DNA from: an uncultured bacterium
Lineage (GTDB): Bacteria > Bacillota_I > Bacilli_A > RFN20 > CAG-826
Assembly (NCBI GenBank): GCA_949292105.1
Contig: CASEYK010000018.1
Span: forward strand, 5,134 to 69,133
Direction: 5' to 3'
Length of the DNA stretch: 64,000 nt
The notes under the pieces were generated by a model that saw nothing but the letters and a program-made list of their open reading frames with translations, searched no databases and was not told the DNA's origin. Positions within the stretch are counted from its first letter, which is position 1. Every line of letters begins with the position of its first letter. This document shows, piece after piece, positions 44,790 through 54,887 of the stretch. The position numbers were made by a program, and so were the translations under genes.

Positions 44790-46994
44790 ATGAGTACAAA
44801 AAGTAGCGTTGTTAATGGCGGCTATCCGCTTCATACTTTTGAAGAAGTAGAGGACATCTACAAAAACTATATTTCTTCTGCTCAAGACCAAAAAAGAATT
44901 CGCGAGGCATACGAATTCATTTTAGACAAGCATAAAAATCAATTTAGAAAGAGTGGAGAACCATATTATCACCATCTCGTCGAAGTTGCATATATTCTCG
45001 CGAAATTACAATGCGGGCCTGCAACCATTATTGCTGGTCTTCTTCATGATGTTGTCGAAGACACCGATGTTACTGTCCAGCAAATTGAAAAGAAGTGGGG
45101 AAGCGAAGTTGCAAAAATCGTTGATTCGCTAACTAAAATTCAAAGGCTAAAACTATCTAAAATGAAAAGCGAAGAATTTGAAGCAGAAGATCATCGCAAA
45201 ATTTTCATCGGTATGGCAAAGGATATCCGCGTCATCATCATCAAATTAGCGGACCGACTTCATAACTTGCGTACATTACAGTCTTTATCGCCTGAACGGC
45301 AGCAGACAATATGTCGAGAAACGATGGATGTGTTTGTGCCAATCGCCCATCGATTAGGTCTTGATGTTATCAAGAGCGAAATGCAAGATATTTGTCTTTC
45401 ATATCTCGAACCAGAAAAATTTAATGAAATTAAAACTTTGCTTTCTAAAAAAGCTAAAACAATGGGCAAATCGCTTGAGAATTTAAAGAAAAGAATTGCC
45501 GATATTTTGTTTGAACATCACATTCCTTTCGATATTTCTTCACGCGTTAAGTCGATATTTTCTATATACGAAAAAATGTATGTGAAAGGTCATCCCTTCG
45601 AAGAAATCTATGATATTCTCGCTTTGCGCATCATCACTGAAACGGAACTACAGTGTTATGAGATACTCGGACTTATTCATCAAACCTATGTTCCTGTTCC
45701 CGGCCGTTTTAAAGATTACATAGCGATGCCAAAACCAAATATGTATCAATCGCTTCATACTTCAATTATCTCTGGAGATGGCAATCGTTATGAAGTGCAA
45801 ATCAGAACCAAAGAAATGGATGAAATCGCTGAAACAGGAGTTGCAGCCCATTGGGCATATAAAGAAGGTAGTGGATACAATTCAAAACAAGAGCAGCAAG
45901 AAATTGAAGATAAACTCCATTGGTTTAGAGACTTTGTCTCAATGTCGAGCGACGCTGAAAATGAGACCGCAAAGGAATATGTTGAAAACCTTACCAAAGA
46001 CATTTTCGAAGCTAATATTTATGTCTTTACGCCAAAAGGAAAAGTTATTGAATTGCCAGCTGGTTCAACGCCAGTCGATTTTGCTTATCGTATTCACACT
46101 AAAATAGGCGATACGACGACTGGATCGCTAGTCAATGGTGTTATGGTGCCACTCAATACTGTTTTATCGACCGGCGATATGGTCGAAATTAAAACATCGA
46201 AAACCTCTTCGCCGAGCGAAGGTTGGCTAAATTTTGTGAAAACGAGCATCGCTCGCACTTCGATTAAAAAATACATCGCAAAAAAGAGTGCTGAATTAGT
46301 TCGAGAAGAAAAAATTGCCAAAGGCAAAACATCGATGATTGACGCATTTCACGACCGCAATATCAGCGAAGAAGAAATGATGGAACTAATCGATACAAAA
46401 AAAGTCCTCGACCATTTCGAATGCCAAACAGTCGACGACTTATTCATCGCCGTCTCTGGCCGAAAGCCAATTCCTGGCGCTGTCATTGATTTTTTAGGAA
46501 TTAAAAAACCGATTGTCATGCCGACAGGAGCAAAAATTAAAAATATTGGTCAGTGTTGTCCTGTTTATTGTAAAGGAGCGGGGAATATTGCCATTAGTTT
46601 GGCTAATTGTTGCACACCGATTCCTGGCGATGACATCGTCGGATACATCACAAAAGGCAAAGGCATTAGCGTCCACCGTAAAAACTGTCCAAATATTGCT
46701 CACGAGAAAGAGAGATTAATCGAAGTGTTTTGGCGCGATGATATTGAATCAGCGACTTATCCTGTCGATATTCAAATCGAAGCTGGCGACCGACCGAAAT
46801 TGCTTTTAGACATCATGTCAGCCTTGAGCAACCAAAAAATTAGTCTCAGTTCTATCCATGCGCGATTAAATAACTTGAATACTGCAGTATTTAATGCCAC
46901 AATTTTGATTAGCGATTCCAAAAGATTAAATGATATATTTAATGTGCTACTTAATGTCGCTGGTGTTTATTCAGTGACTCGCGTCATTCATTAA
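44790..46994 (+). CDS. relA: bifunctional (p)ppGpp synthetase/hydrolase RelA/SpoT
   Basis: HD domain (HHLVEVAYIL...GLLHDVVEDT), synthetase domain, and TGS and ACT domains. Confidence 0.9.
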   Translation: MSTKSSVVNGGYPLHTFEEVEDIYKNYISSAQDQKRIREAYEFILDKHKNQFRKSGEPYYHHLVEVAYILAKLQCGPATIIAGLLHDVVEDTDVTVQQIEKKWGSEVAKIVDSLTKIQRLKLSKMKSEEFEAEDHRKIFIGMAKDIRVIIIKLADRLHNLRTLQSLSPERQQTICRETMDVFVPIAHRLGLDVIKSEMQDICLSYLEPEKFNEIKTLLSKKAKTMGKSLENLKKRIADILFEHHIPFDISSRVKSIFSIYEKMYVKGHPFEEIYDILALRIITETELQCYEILGLIHQTYVPVPGRFKDYIAMPKPNMYQSLHTSIISGDGNRYEVQIRTKEMDEIAETGVAAHWAYKEGSGYNSKQEQQEIEDKLHWFRDFVSMSSDAENETAKEYVENLTKDIFEANIYVFTPKGKVIELPAGSTPVDFAYRIHTKIGDTTTGSLVNGVMVPLNTVLSTGDMVEIKTSKTSSPSEGWLNFVKTSIARTSIKKYIAKKSAELVREEKIAKGKTSMIDAFHDRNISEEEMMELIDTKKVLDHFECQTVDDLFIAVSGRKPIPGAVIDFLGIKKPIVMPTGAKIKNIGQCCPVYCKGAGNIAISLANCCTPIPGDDIVGYITKGKGISVHRKNCPNIAHEKERLIEVFWRDDIESATYPVDIQIEAGDRPKLLLDIMSALSNQKISLSSIHARLNNLNTAVFNATILISDSKRLNDIFNVLLNVAGVYSVTRVIH

Positions 46995-47004
46995 AGGAGA
47001 AACT

Positions 47005-48264
47005 ATGGAAATTAAAAATGTCAAAGGGACTCATGATATATTTGGTGAAGAAACGAAAATATACGATTTTCTCATCGATGTTTTTTCACATCTTTGCCAG
47101 CGTTATGGCGCAAGCCACATTATCATACCGACTATCGAACACACCGAACTGTTTCAAAGAGGAGTAGGTGAAGGCAGCGATGTTGTGCGCAAAGAGATGT
47201 ATACTTTCGAAGACAAAGGTGGAAGGCTAATTACATTGAGACCAGAATTCACCGCTGGAATTGTTAGAAGTTTCATCCAAAATAAATTTTATGCCAATGA
47301 TCTGCCGTGTCGTTTGTTCTACCATGGTTCTGTCTTTCGCTATGAAAGACCTCAACAAGGTCGATATCGACAGTTTAATCAACTCGGTGTCGAATTTTTA
47401 GGAAGTGATAACTTTCTCGTCGATGTTGAAACAATCTCTTTGGCATTCTCTTTCTTGAAAGAACTCGGCTTAGACAAAAATATTGTCGTTAAGATAAATT
47501 CACTCGGCGATCTCGAAACGAGAAACCGTTATCGACAGGCTCTCAAAGATTATTTCGCTCAATACCTACCTGATATGTGCGAAGATTGTCAGAGCCGCTA
47601 TGAACTCAATCCTCTCCGTATTCTTGATTGCAAAGTTGATGCAGACCGTGTTTATATTGAAAAAGCACCATCAATCTCGACATTTTTATCGCCTCAATCA
47701 GCTCAGCGTTTTAACGATATTATTGAAGCTCTCAAGCAACTTGAAATTCCGTTTGAAATCGATCATACGCTTGTGAGAGGGCTTGATTACTATAGTGAAA
47801 TTGTCTATGAAATCCATATTAAAAACGCCAACGAAGGCGCTATTGGGGCTGGAGGCCATTATTCAACTCTTATTGAAGAATTAGGTGGTCCTAAAATGAG
47901 CGGAGTTGGTTTTTCGTTTGGCTTAGAGAGATTGCTTTCTCTTTTTGCTTCAAAGAGCGACTTAGCGTCGAAGGTAGTGGAAAGCAAAATTGATATATAT
48001 GTCATGCCAGTTGGCGAAGGCGTTCATTCTCAAGCTTTAAAAATAGCCCAATATCTGCGAGAAAATAATATCAGCGCCGATATATATCTTGAAAAGACAA
48101 AGTTAGGCAATATGTTTAAAAAAGCCCAAAAAAGAAATGCTAAATTTGCTTTAATCGTCGGTGAAGATGAGATTAAAAATCAAACTGTCCAATTAAAAAA
48201 TCTATCAACATCCGAACAAAAAGAAGTCAAACTGTCCGACATCTTAAAAACATTAAAGGAATAG
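47005..48264 (+). CDS. hisS: histidine--tRNA ligase
   Basis: Class II motifs (RYERPQQGRYRQF, GGHYS, FGLERL). Confidence 0.95.
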   Translation: MEIKNVKGTHDIFGEETKIYDFLIDVFSHLCQRYGASHIIIPTIEHTELFQRGVGEGSDVVRKEMYTFEDKGGRLITLRPEFTAGIVRSFIQNKFYANDLPCRLFYHGSVFRYERPQQGRYRQFNQLGVEFLGSDNFLVDVETISLAFSFLKELGLDKNIVVKINSLGDLETRNRYRQALKDYFAQYLPDMCEDCQSRYELNPLRILDCKVDADRVYIEKAPSISTFLSPQSAQRFNDIIEALKQLEIPFEIDHTLVRGLDYYSEIVYEIHIKNANEGAIGAGGHYSTLIEELGGPKMSGVGFSFGLERLLSLFASKSDLASKVVESKIDIYVMPVGEGVHSQALKIAQYLRENNISADIYLEKTKLGNMFKKAQKRNAKFALIVGEDEIKNQTVQLKNLSTSEQKEVKLSDILKTLKE

Positions 48265-48285
48265 TGAACAAAGAAGGAAATAGAT

Positions 48286-50010
48286 ATGAAAAGAACACAT
48301 TTTAATGGTGAAATTACTCTCGAACATCTCGGCCAACAAGTTTCTGTGGTCGGCTGGGTTAGCAAAAAAAGAAACCATGGTTCGATTGTTTTTCTTGATT
48401 TAAGAGATCGCACCGGTATTGTTCAAATCGTCTACCAAGACGATGATTTTAATCTCGATATTCGAAACGAATATGTTCTTCGCGTCGAAGGAACCGTTGA
48501 GAAAAGGTCAGTGGCCAACCCAAAATTGAAAACTGGGGAAGTTGAAATCAAAGCGAGTAAAATTGAAATCATCAATCAAGCGAAAACAACACCGTTGATT
48601 ATTGCTGATGAAACCGATGCGCTTGAAGATACACGCTTAAAATATCGCTACTTGGATTTAAGACGACCATGTATGCAACATTTTCTCGATGTCCGCCACC
48701 AAGTTAAAATGATTGTTCATCGCTATTTAAGCGAACATCGTTTTATCGAAGTTGAAACACCAAGTCTTATTTTGTCAACTCCCGAAGGATCGCGCGACTA
48801 TCTAGTTCCATCGCGGCTTCATCATGGAAAATTTTATGCTCTGCCTCAGAGCCCGCAAATTTTTAAACAACTTTTAATGATTGGCGGATTAGAAAGATAT
48901 TATCAAATCGCTCGTTGCTACCGAGATGAAGATTTAAGAGCAGATCGCCAACCTGAATTTACTCAAATAGATATCGAAGTTAGTTTTCTTAATCAAGATC
49001 AATTTCTTACTCTCATCGAAGGATTAATCAAGGTCATCTTTAAAGAAACAGTCGGTTATGAAGTTCAAACTCCATTGAGACGCATTCCATATAGCGAAGC
49101 TATTAATCGTTATGGAAGCGATAAGCCTGATACAAGATTTGGAATGGAACTACAAGATTTGGCGCTTGAACTCTCAAACTGTGCCTTTAACGGCTTTCAC
49201 GGCGTTGAAACGATTAAAGCGATTAAAGTAAGCGGACAAGCACCTCTTACTTCTCGAAAAGTCATCGATGAGTTGACACTTGAAGCCAAAAAATTTGGTT
49301 TGTCTGGAATTGTTGTGCTCAAAATTGAAAATGGTGAACCTACCGGTTCGTTTACAAAATTTTTATCTGATGAAGAAAAGAAGGCAATTTTACAAAAAAT
49401 GGAAGCAGTTGACGATGATCTCGTTTTAATCGCTGCCGGACCTTTAAATCGAGTCGCTCCATTGCTTGGCGCTATTCGAGTTAATTATGCGAAAAAATTG
49501 AATTTAATCGATCCTAATAGTTACGATTTGCTTTGGGTTGTCGATTTCCCTCTCTTTGAACGCGATGTCGAAACTGGTGGAATTACTAGTACTCACCATC
49601 CTTTTACTCGACCGCGCGACGAAGACCTCAAATATCTCGATTCCGATCCAACTCGTGTCTTGTCGTACGCTTACGATATCGTCATCAATGGCTATGAGGC
49701 TGGTGGTGGTTCTCTTCGTATTTATGATCAAAATGTACAAAAGAAGATTTTTGAAACTCTTGGATTAAGCGACGAAGACGTCAAAAGAAAATTTGGTTTC
49801 TTTATTGACGCTTTCCAATACGGAACTCCTCCACATGCTGGAATGGCCTTTGGCTTTGACCGTTTAATAATGATTTTATGCCACACGGACAATATAAAAG
49901 ATGTGATTGCTTTTCCTAAAAATTTGGCAGGTGTATGTCCGATGTCTGGAGCGCCTCAATCGGTCGACCAAGCTCAATTAGATGAGCTAGGAATTAAAAT
50001 AGATGAATAA
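48286..50010 (+). CDS. aspS: aspartate--tRNA ligase
   Basis: OB-fold N-terminal domain plus class II motifs (FRDEDLRADRQPEFTQ, GGGSLRI, GFDRL). Confidence 0.95.
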   Translation: MKRTHFNGEITLEHLGQQVSVVGWVSKKRNHGSIVFLDLRDRTGIVQIVYQDDDFNLDIRNEYVLRVEGTVEKRSVANPKLKTGEVEIKASKIEIINQAKTTPLIIADETDALEDTRLKYRYLDLRRPCMQHFLDVRHQVKMIVHRYLSEHRFIEVETPSLILSTPEGSRDYLVPSRLHHGKFYALPQSPQIFKQLLMIGGLERYYQIARCYRDEDLRADRQPEFTQIDIEVSFLNQDQFLTLIEGLIKVIFKETVGYEVQTPLRRIPYSEAINRYGSDKPDTRFGMELQDLALELSNCAFNGFHGVETIKAIKVSGQAPLTSRKVIDELTLEAKKFGLSGIVVLKIENGEPTGSFTKFLSDEEKKAILQKMEAVDDDLVLIAAGPLNRVAPLLGAIRVNYAKKLNLIDPNSYDLLWVVDFPLFERDVETGGITSTHHPFTRPRDEDLKYLDSDPTRVLSYAYDIVINGYEAGGGSLRIYDQNVQKKIFETLGLSDEDVKRKFGFFIDAFQYGTPPHAGMAFGFDRLIMILCHTDNIKDVIAFPKNLAGVCPMSGAPQSVDQAQLDELGIKIDE

Positions 50011-50074
50011 TATTTATAAAATACATTTTATAAAAATATACTAAAAAATTACTAGTTAAGATGAAAGGAAATTT

Positions 50075-52048
50075 ATGAAAACTATCGATCAACTCAGTAT
50101 TGCAACAATTCGTTCGCTTTGCATTGACACAATCAACAAGGCGAATTCAGGGCATCCAGGTATGGCGCTTGGCAGTGCACCAATTCTTTATACCCTTTTT
50201 ACTAAACACCTCGTCAGCAATCCAAACGAACCAGATTGGATTAATCGCGATCGTTTTGTGCTTAGCGCCGGTCATGCTTCGGCTCTACTCTATTCAATGC
50301 TCCATTTAAGCGGATATAAACTCAGCATCGATGATTTAAAGCAATTCCGTCAAGTCGATTCTTTGACACCTGGGCATCCAGAATTTCATCACACTCAAGG
50401 TGTTGATGCGACAAGTGGTCCTCTCGGTCAAGGAATTGCACAAGCCGTTGGTATGGCGATGGCAGAAAAAGCTTTAGCAGCCGCTTACGCCAAAGGAAAT
50501 AAACTCATCGACCATTACACTTATGTTTTATGTGGCGATGGTTGCTTGCAAGAAGGCCTCTCACAAGAGTCAATTTCTCTTGCCGGACATCAAAAATTAA
50601 ACAAATTAATCCTCTTCTACGATGCCAATCAAGTTACACTAGACGGTTCGCTTGATCTCTCTTTCTCAGAGAATGTCAAAATGCGCTTTCTCGCCAGCGA
50701 GTGGAATGTGTTAGAAGTAGCGGACGGTAATGATATTGACGCTATCGATGAAGCGATTAAAAAAGCTAAAAAATCAAAAGATAAGCCAACGATGATAATG
50801 GTTCATACCATTATTGGATATGGTTCTTCAAAGCAAGGAACGAGCAAAGTCCATGGTTCGCCATTAGGTGAAGAAGATGGTAAAAAAACCAAAGTTGAAG
50901 TTTATCATTTCGATCATCCCGATTTTTATGTCCCTGAAGAAGTTTATCAACACTTTAAAGATACATTCGCCAAACGCGGTGAAAAAGCTTATGACGAATA
51001 TATGAAAGAAAAAGAGAAGTACGCTAAGGAGCACGAGAGTGAGGCGATTCGCTTCGATAGCCTCATGCATTTAGATTTATCGTTGTACTTACCCGATGTT
51101 TTTCCAAATTTCGTTGAAGGTTCTTCCACGTCGACACGCGCTGCATCAGGCAAAGCTCTCAATGACTATATGCTCTCCATTCCAAACTTATATGGTGGTT
51201 CAGCGGATGTAGCGGGCTCTGTTATGACAAAGCTTAACTGCAGTGGAGATTTCACTCCAAATGACCGCAGCGGACACAATATTAACTGGGGTATTCGCGA
51301 ATTTGCTATGGCATCGGCTCAAAATGGTATGCTCCTTCACGATGGCATTCGCACTTATGTCGGATGCTTTCTTGTGTTTGCTGACTATTTGAAACCAGCC
51401 GTGAGAATGGCGGCTATTTCTCATTTACCGGCCATTTATCTTTTCTCGCACGATTCAATCGCTGTTGGCGAAGATGGACCGACCCATCAACCAATCGAAC
51501 AGTTAGCGATGTTAAGAAGCATTCCTCATATTCATGTTATTCGTCCAGCCGATGAAAGAGAAACTTATGGAGCATGGCATGCTGCTTTAAAGAGCACTGA
51601 TGCACCAACAGCTTTGATTTTGTCTAGACAAAATCTACCTCTTCTTCCAGGTTCTGACGCCGCTAAAGTTGCTCGAGGTGGATATGTTGTTTCGCCAGAG
51701 AAGAAAAAAGTTGATTTCGCTTTACTTGCCACTGGATCAGAAGTCAGTTTGGCTATTGAGGCACAAAAGAAACTTCTCGAATTAGGAATTGATGTTCGCG
51801 TTGTCTCTCTTCCTTGTTTGGAACTTTTTGCTGAGCAAGGTGAAGAATATATTGACAAAACAATTGGCGTTCCATACGAGAAGAGAATTTCGATTGAAAT
51901 GCTTTCAACTTTTGGATGGGCAAAATGGGCTAAACACAATATGGGAGTGGATCAATTCGGCGCTAGTGGTCCTGCTAAACAAGTTATCGCCAAATTCCAT
52001 TTCACTGTCGATGATGTAGTTGCTCTTTGTCAGCGATTGAAAGGATAA
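50075..52048 (+). CDS. tkt: transketolase
   Basis: TPP-binding motifs (GHPGMALG, GDGCLQEG) across 657 aa. Confidence 0.95.
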   Translation: MKTIDQLSIATIRSLCIDTINKANSGHPGMALGSAPILYTLFTKHLVSNPNEPDWINRDRFVLSAGHASALLYSMLHLSGYKLSIDDLKQFRQVDSLTPGHPEFHHTQGVDATSGPLGQGIAQAVGMAMAEKALAAAYAKGNKLIDHYTYVLCGDGCLQEGLSQESISLAGHQKLNKLILFYDANQVTLDGSLDLSFSENVKMRFLASEWNVLEVADGNDIDAIDEAIKKAKKSKDKPTMIMVHTIIGYGSSKQGTSKVHGSPLGEEDGKKTKVEVYHFDHPDFYVPEEVYQHFKDTFAKRGEKAYDEYMKEKEKYAKEHESEAIRFDSLMHLDLSLYLPDVFPNFVEGSSTSTRAASGKALNDYMLSIPNLYGGSADVAGSVMTKLNCSGDFTPNDRSGHNINWGIREFAMASAQNGMLLHDGIRTYVGCFLVFADYLKPAVRMAAISHLPAIYLFSHDSIAVGEDGPTHQPIEQLAMLRSIPHIHVIRPADERETYGAWHAALKSTDAPTALILSRQNLPLLPGSDAAKVARGGYVVSPEKKKVDFALLATGSEVSLAIEAQKKLLELGIDVRVVSLPCLELFAEQGEEYIDKTIGVPYEKRISIEMLSTFGWAKWAKHNMGVDQFGASGPAKQVIAKFHFTVDDVVALCQRLKG

Positions 52049-52119
52049 CTCCTTTCCATGCGCTTGATTTTTTGGACAAAAGCAATGAAATATTGTATAT
52101 TGTTTACGAGGTAAAACTT

Positions 52120-52461
52120 ATGGCTGATCACGTTTATATTAACAACTACTCTAACAAAGGCAAATTAGCTATTTCTCGAAATGTTTTTGACTCAGTTGTG
52201 TCAAATACTTTAGATCGCCTTAAAGTCAGTAAGTCAAGCAAACAAATGAAGCGCAATCAGAGATTTAGATTAAATAGACCCGTCCAGACAACGATTCGTC
52301 ATGGGATTGTCCATGTTTGGGTGGCTGTCGATATTCCTAAAGGCGAAAGCATCCAAGCTATTTCTCGCAAAATCGAAGAAGAAATCGCTGATTCTTTTTT
52401 AGCGATGACTGATCAAATTCCTTTTGATGTTCAAGTAAAAGTTGAAACCCTCATCCAATAA
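52120..52461 (+). CDS. Asp23/Gls24-family protein (YqhY-like)
   Basis: GKLAISRNVFDSVVSNTL and VAVDIPKGESIQAISRKIEEEI match the Asp23 pattern. The start is at ATG 52120 after GAGGT. It lies upstream of nusB, as in Bacillus. Confidence 0.5.
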   Translation: MADHVYINNYSNKGKLAISRNVFDSVVSNTLDRLKVSKSSKQMKRNQRFRLNRPVQTTIRHGIVHVWVAVDIPKGESIQAISRKIEEEIADSFLAMTDQIPFDVQVKVETLIQ

Positions 52462-52478
52462 GCGAGGTTTTATTATAA

Positions 52479-53096
52479 GTGTTCAAAAAGAAGAAATTGT
52501 CTTATGTGGACGCTCATAATAACGCTGTGAGTGCTTATAAACGATCAACAACCGCCATTATTTTCGTCGGTATCTTTAATGTTGTCGGTGCTATCTTTTA
52601 TTTAGTTCAAATCAATGGCGTGTCCAATAATTTAATGGGCCAATTTTTATGCTTGGGGTTGGATATGTTTATCTTTTCTATTCCGCCTGTTGCTTCTTTT
52701 CTCATTAATAATTTGCCGTGGACTGTCGTGATATATCTTCTTCTCTTTTTTGGCACATCCGCTATATATTGCTGGCTTGGAGCAGTAGCACTCCGCGGTA
52801 AAAAAAATTATTTATTTGCTGGTTCAATTCTTTATTTAATCGATTGGGTCTTTTTGCTTTGCTGTTATTTTTTTAGAAACGATTTAATCAGCGATGAATC
52901 GTTGTTTCTCATGATTGGTGTTCATGTTATTGTCACCGTCTTCATATTTATGGCAATATATCAATATCACAAAGTGATAAGCATTGAAATTCAGCACGCG
53001 AAAGCGATTCAAATACAACAAAAGCAGAAACAGTTAAATCAAAAAATAGAAGCAGAGCAAGAGAAAGAGGATGAGAAAAATGGAAACAAAAAATGA
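52479..53096 (+). CDS. hypothetical polytopic membrane protein
   Basis: 205 aa with 4-5 TM helices. The start is a GTG preceded by GAGGT. Confidence 0.35.
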   Translation: MFKKKKLSYVDAHNNAVSAYKRSTTAIIFVGIFNVVGAIFYLVQINGVSNNLMGQFLCLGLDMFIFSIPPVASFLINNLPWTVVIYLLLFFGTSAIYCWLGAVALRGKKNYLFAGSILYLIDWVFLLCCYFFRNDLISDESLFLMIGVHVIVTVFIFMAIYQYHKVISIEIQHAKAIQIQQKQKQLNQKIEAEQEKEDEKNGNKK

Positions 53097-53514
53097 AATT
53101 TCTAGGAATAAACAACAATTTATCGTTTTAACCGCTATCTATGATGTCTTAAACGACTGTCAAGAAGGCGATAAGAAGACTTTTGCTGATCCTCGCCCGA
53201 TTATTGAAGGACTCTGCGAATGCGAATACGATTCTTCCCCTTTTTATGTGCGCAAGCTAGTGCATTTAAGTTTAGAAAAATATGCTCAAATTCGCACAAT
53301 TATCGAAAAACAATTGATTGATTGGAAATGGGACCGCTTGCCGTTGTTGACTAGATCTATTTTTTTGATGTCATACGCTCATTATTATTATTACGGTGAG
53401 AAAGTCGATAAAAGAATCGTTATTGATGTCGCAGTTGAATTAGCTAAAAAATATATCGATGAAAAACAAGCCAAATTTATTCACGCTGTTTTAGATGAGG
53501 TTCTCAAACAATGA
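53071..53514 (+). CDS. nusB: transcription antitermination factor NusB
   Basis: WDRLPLLTRSIFLMSYAHYYY...VIDVAVELAKKY...KFIHAVLDEVL aligns with the NusB core. Confidence 0.8.
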   Translation: MRKMETKNEISRNKQQFIVLTAIYDVLNDCQEGDKKTFADPRPIIEGLCECEYDSSPFYVRKLVHLSLEKYAQIRTIIEKQLIDWKWDRLPLLTRSIFLMSYAHYYYYGEKVDKRIVIDVAVELAKKYIDEKQAKFIHAVLDEVLKQ

Positions 53515-54650
53515 AAGATTTTGGGGCTCCGATATATTCTGTTACGCAAATTAATCAGTTCGTTAAAAGTTTGATAACCAACGATCCGCGTCTTCAATAT
53601 GTTTTAGTTAAAGGCGAAGTGAGCAATTTGAAAGCTCAAGCGAGAGTAGGACATCTTTATTTTTCACTTAAAGATGAGAATGCTTTAATTAACGCTGTTA
53701 TGTTTAACACATACGCCAAAAAGATCGATTTTCCTTTTGATAACGGCCAAGAAGTTGTTGCCCTCGCTAGCGTCGATGTCTATGTTCCTCGAGGAACATA
53801 CCAGCTTAATGTCATCGCCATTGAACCAGTGGGCAGTGGCAAAGCATTGATGGAGCTCGAGATGCTCAAGAAAAAATTATACGCCGAAGGCTTGTTTGAC
53901 TCGCAAAAGAAAAGACCAATCAATATTTTTCCAAATTCGATTGGAGTTATAACTGCTAAAAATGGAGCAGCAATCGGAGATATAACAACCAATATTCAAA
54001 GGCGATACCCATATGCACAAATTTATTTTTTTCCTTGCCAAGTTCAAGGCGAAGGAGCGGCAAAAGATATATTGCGCGCTTTTAATCTTTCACAAAAATT
54101 TCATCTCGACACATTGATTATTGGCCGTGGCGGTGGTGCTAGCGAAGATTTAAGCGCTTTTAATGATGAAACCCTTGTTAGAGCAATTGCTAACAGCAAA
54201 ATGCCAACAATTGCAGCTGTTGGGCACGAAATAGATGTCACATTGACTGACCTTGTGGCTGATAAACGTGCGAGTACACCAACAGGAGCCGCAGAGCTTG
54301 CAACCGTTGATAAAAGAGAGATTGAACAAAAACTATTTGAGGCTTCAAATAGCCTCAAAAAAATATTGTTTCAGCAAATGAATGATTTAAATCTACGCAT
54401 TAATTCATACAAAGCGCTGTTAAGAACCATCGTTCAAAACCAAGTACGATTATTAGCTTCAACAATTTTAGCAAAAAAGCAGGTCATTGAATCACTTAAT
54501 CCAAAACTTGTTTTGGAAAGAGGTTACTCGATAAGCGTTAATGCGCTAGGAAAAACAATTACATCAACAAAAGATATCGCCGAAGGGGAAATAATGACAA
54601 CCTTGGTGAAAGATGGTAAAATTGAAAGCACAATTAATAAAAAATCATAG
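53511..54650 (+). CDS. xseA: exodeoxyribonuclease VII large subunit
   Basis: OB-fold N-terminus and an XseA catalytic domain (RGGGASEDL). Confidence 0.9.
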   Translation: MKDFGAPIYSVTQINQFVKSLITNDPRLQYVLVKGEVSNLKAQARVGHLYFSLKDENALINAVMFNTYAKKIDFPFDNGQEVVALASVDVYVPRGTYQLNVIAIEPVGSGKALMELEMLKKKLYAEGLFDSQKKRPINIFPNSIGVITAKNGAAIGDITTNIQRRYPYAQIYFFPCQVQGEGAAKDILRAFNLSQKFHLDTLIIGRGGGASEDLSAFNDETLVRAIANSKMPTIAAVGHEIDVTLTDLVADKRASTPTGAAELATVDKREIEQKLFEASNSLKKILFQQMNDLNLRINSYKALLRTIVQNQVRLLASTILAKKQVIESLNPKLVLERGYSISVNALGKTITSTKDIAEGEIMTTLVKDGKIESTINKKS

Positions 54651-54663
54651 GGAGCAACCGACA

Positions 54664-54864
54664 ATGAAAGACGAAACCTTTAATATAAAAAAGAAACTCG
54701 ACGAACTCGATAAAATAGTCGACGACATGCAAAATCACGAGCTTGATATCGATCAAAATTTAAAAGCATATGAAGAGGCACAAAAAATCATTAAGCAATT
54801 AGAAGATAAACTTGCACAAGTCAAAGAACAAATCGTTAAAGTGGTGGAAAAAGACGAAGAATAG
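54664..54864 (+). CDS. xseB: exodeoxyribonuclease VII small subunit
   Basis: 66-aa helical protein. The start is at ATG 54664 after AGGGAG. Confidence 0.8.
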   Translation: MKDETFNIKKKLDELDKIVDDMQNHELDIDQNLKAYEEAQKIIKQLEDKLAQVKEQIVKVVEKDEE

Positions 54865-54887
54865 TTGAATATTAGTAGTTTTATAGT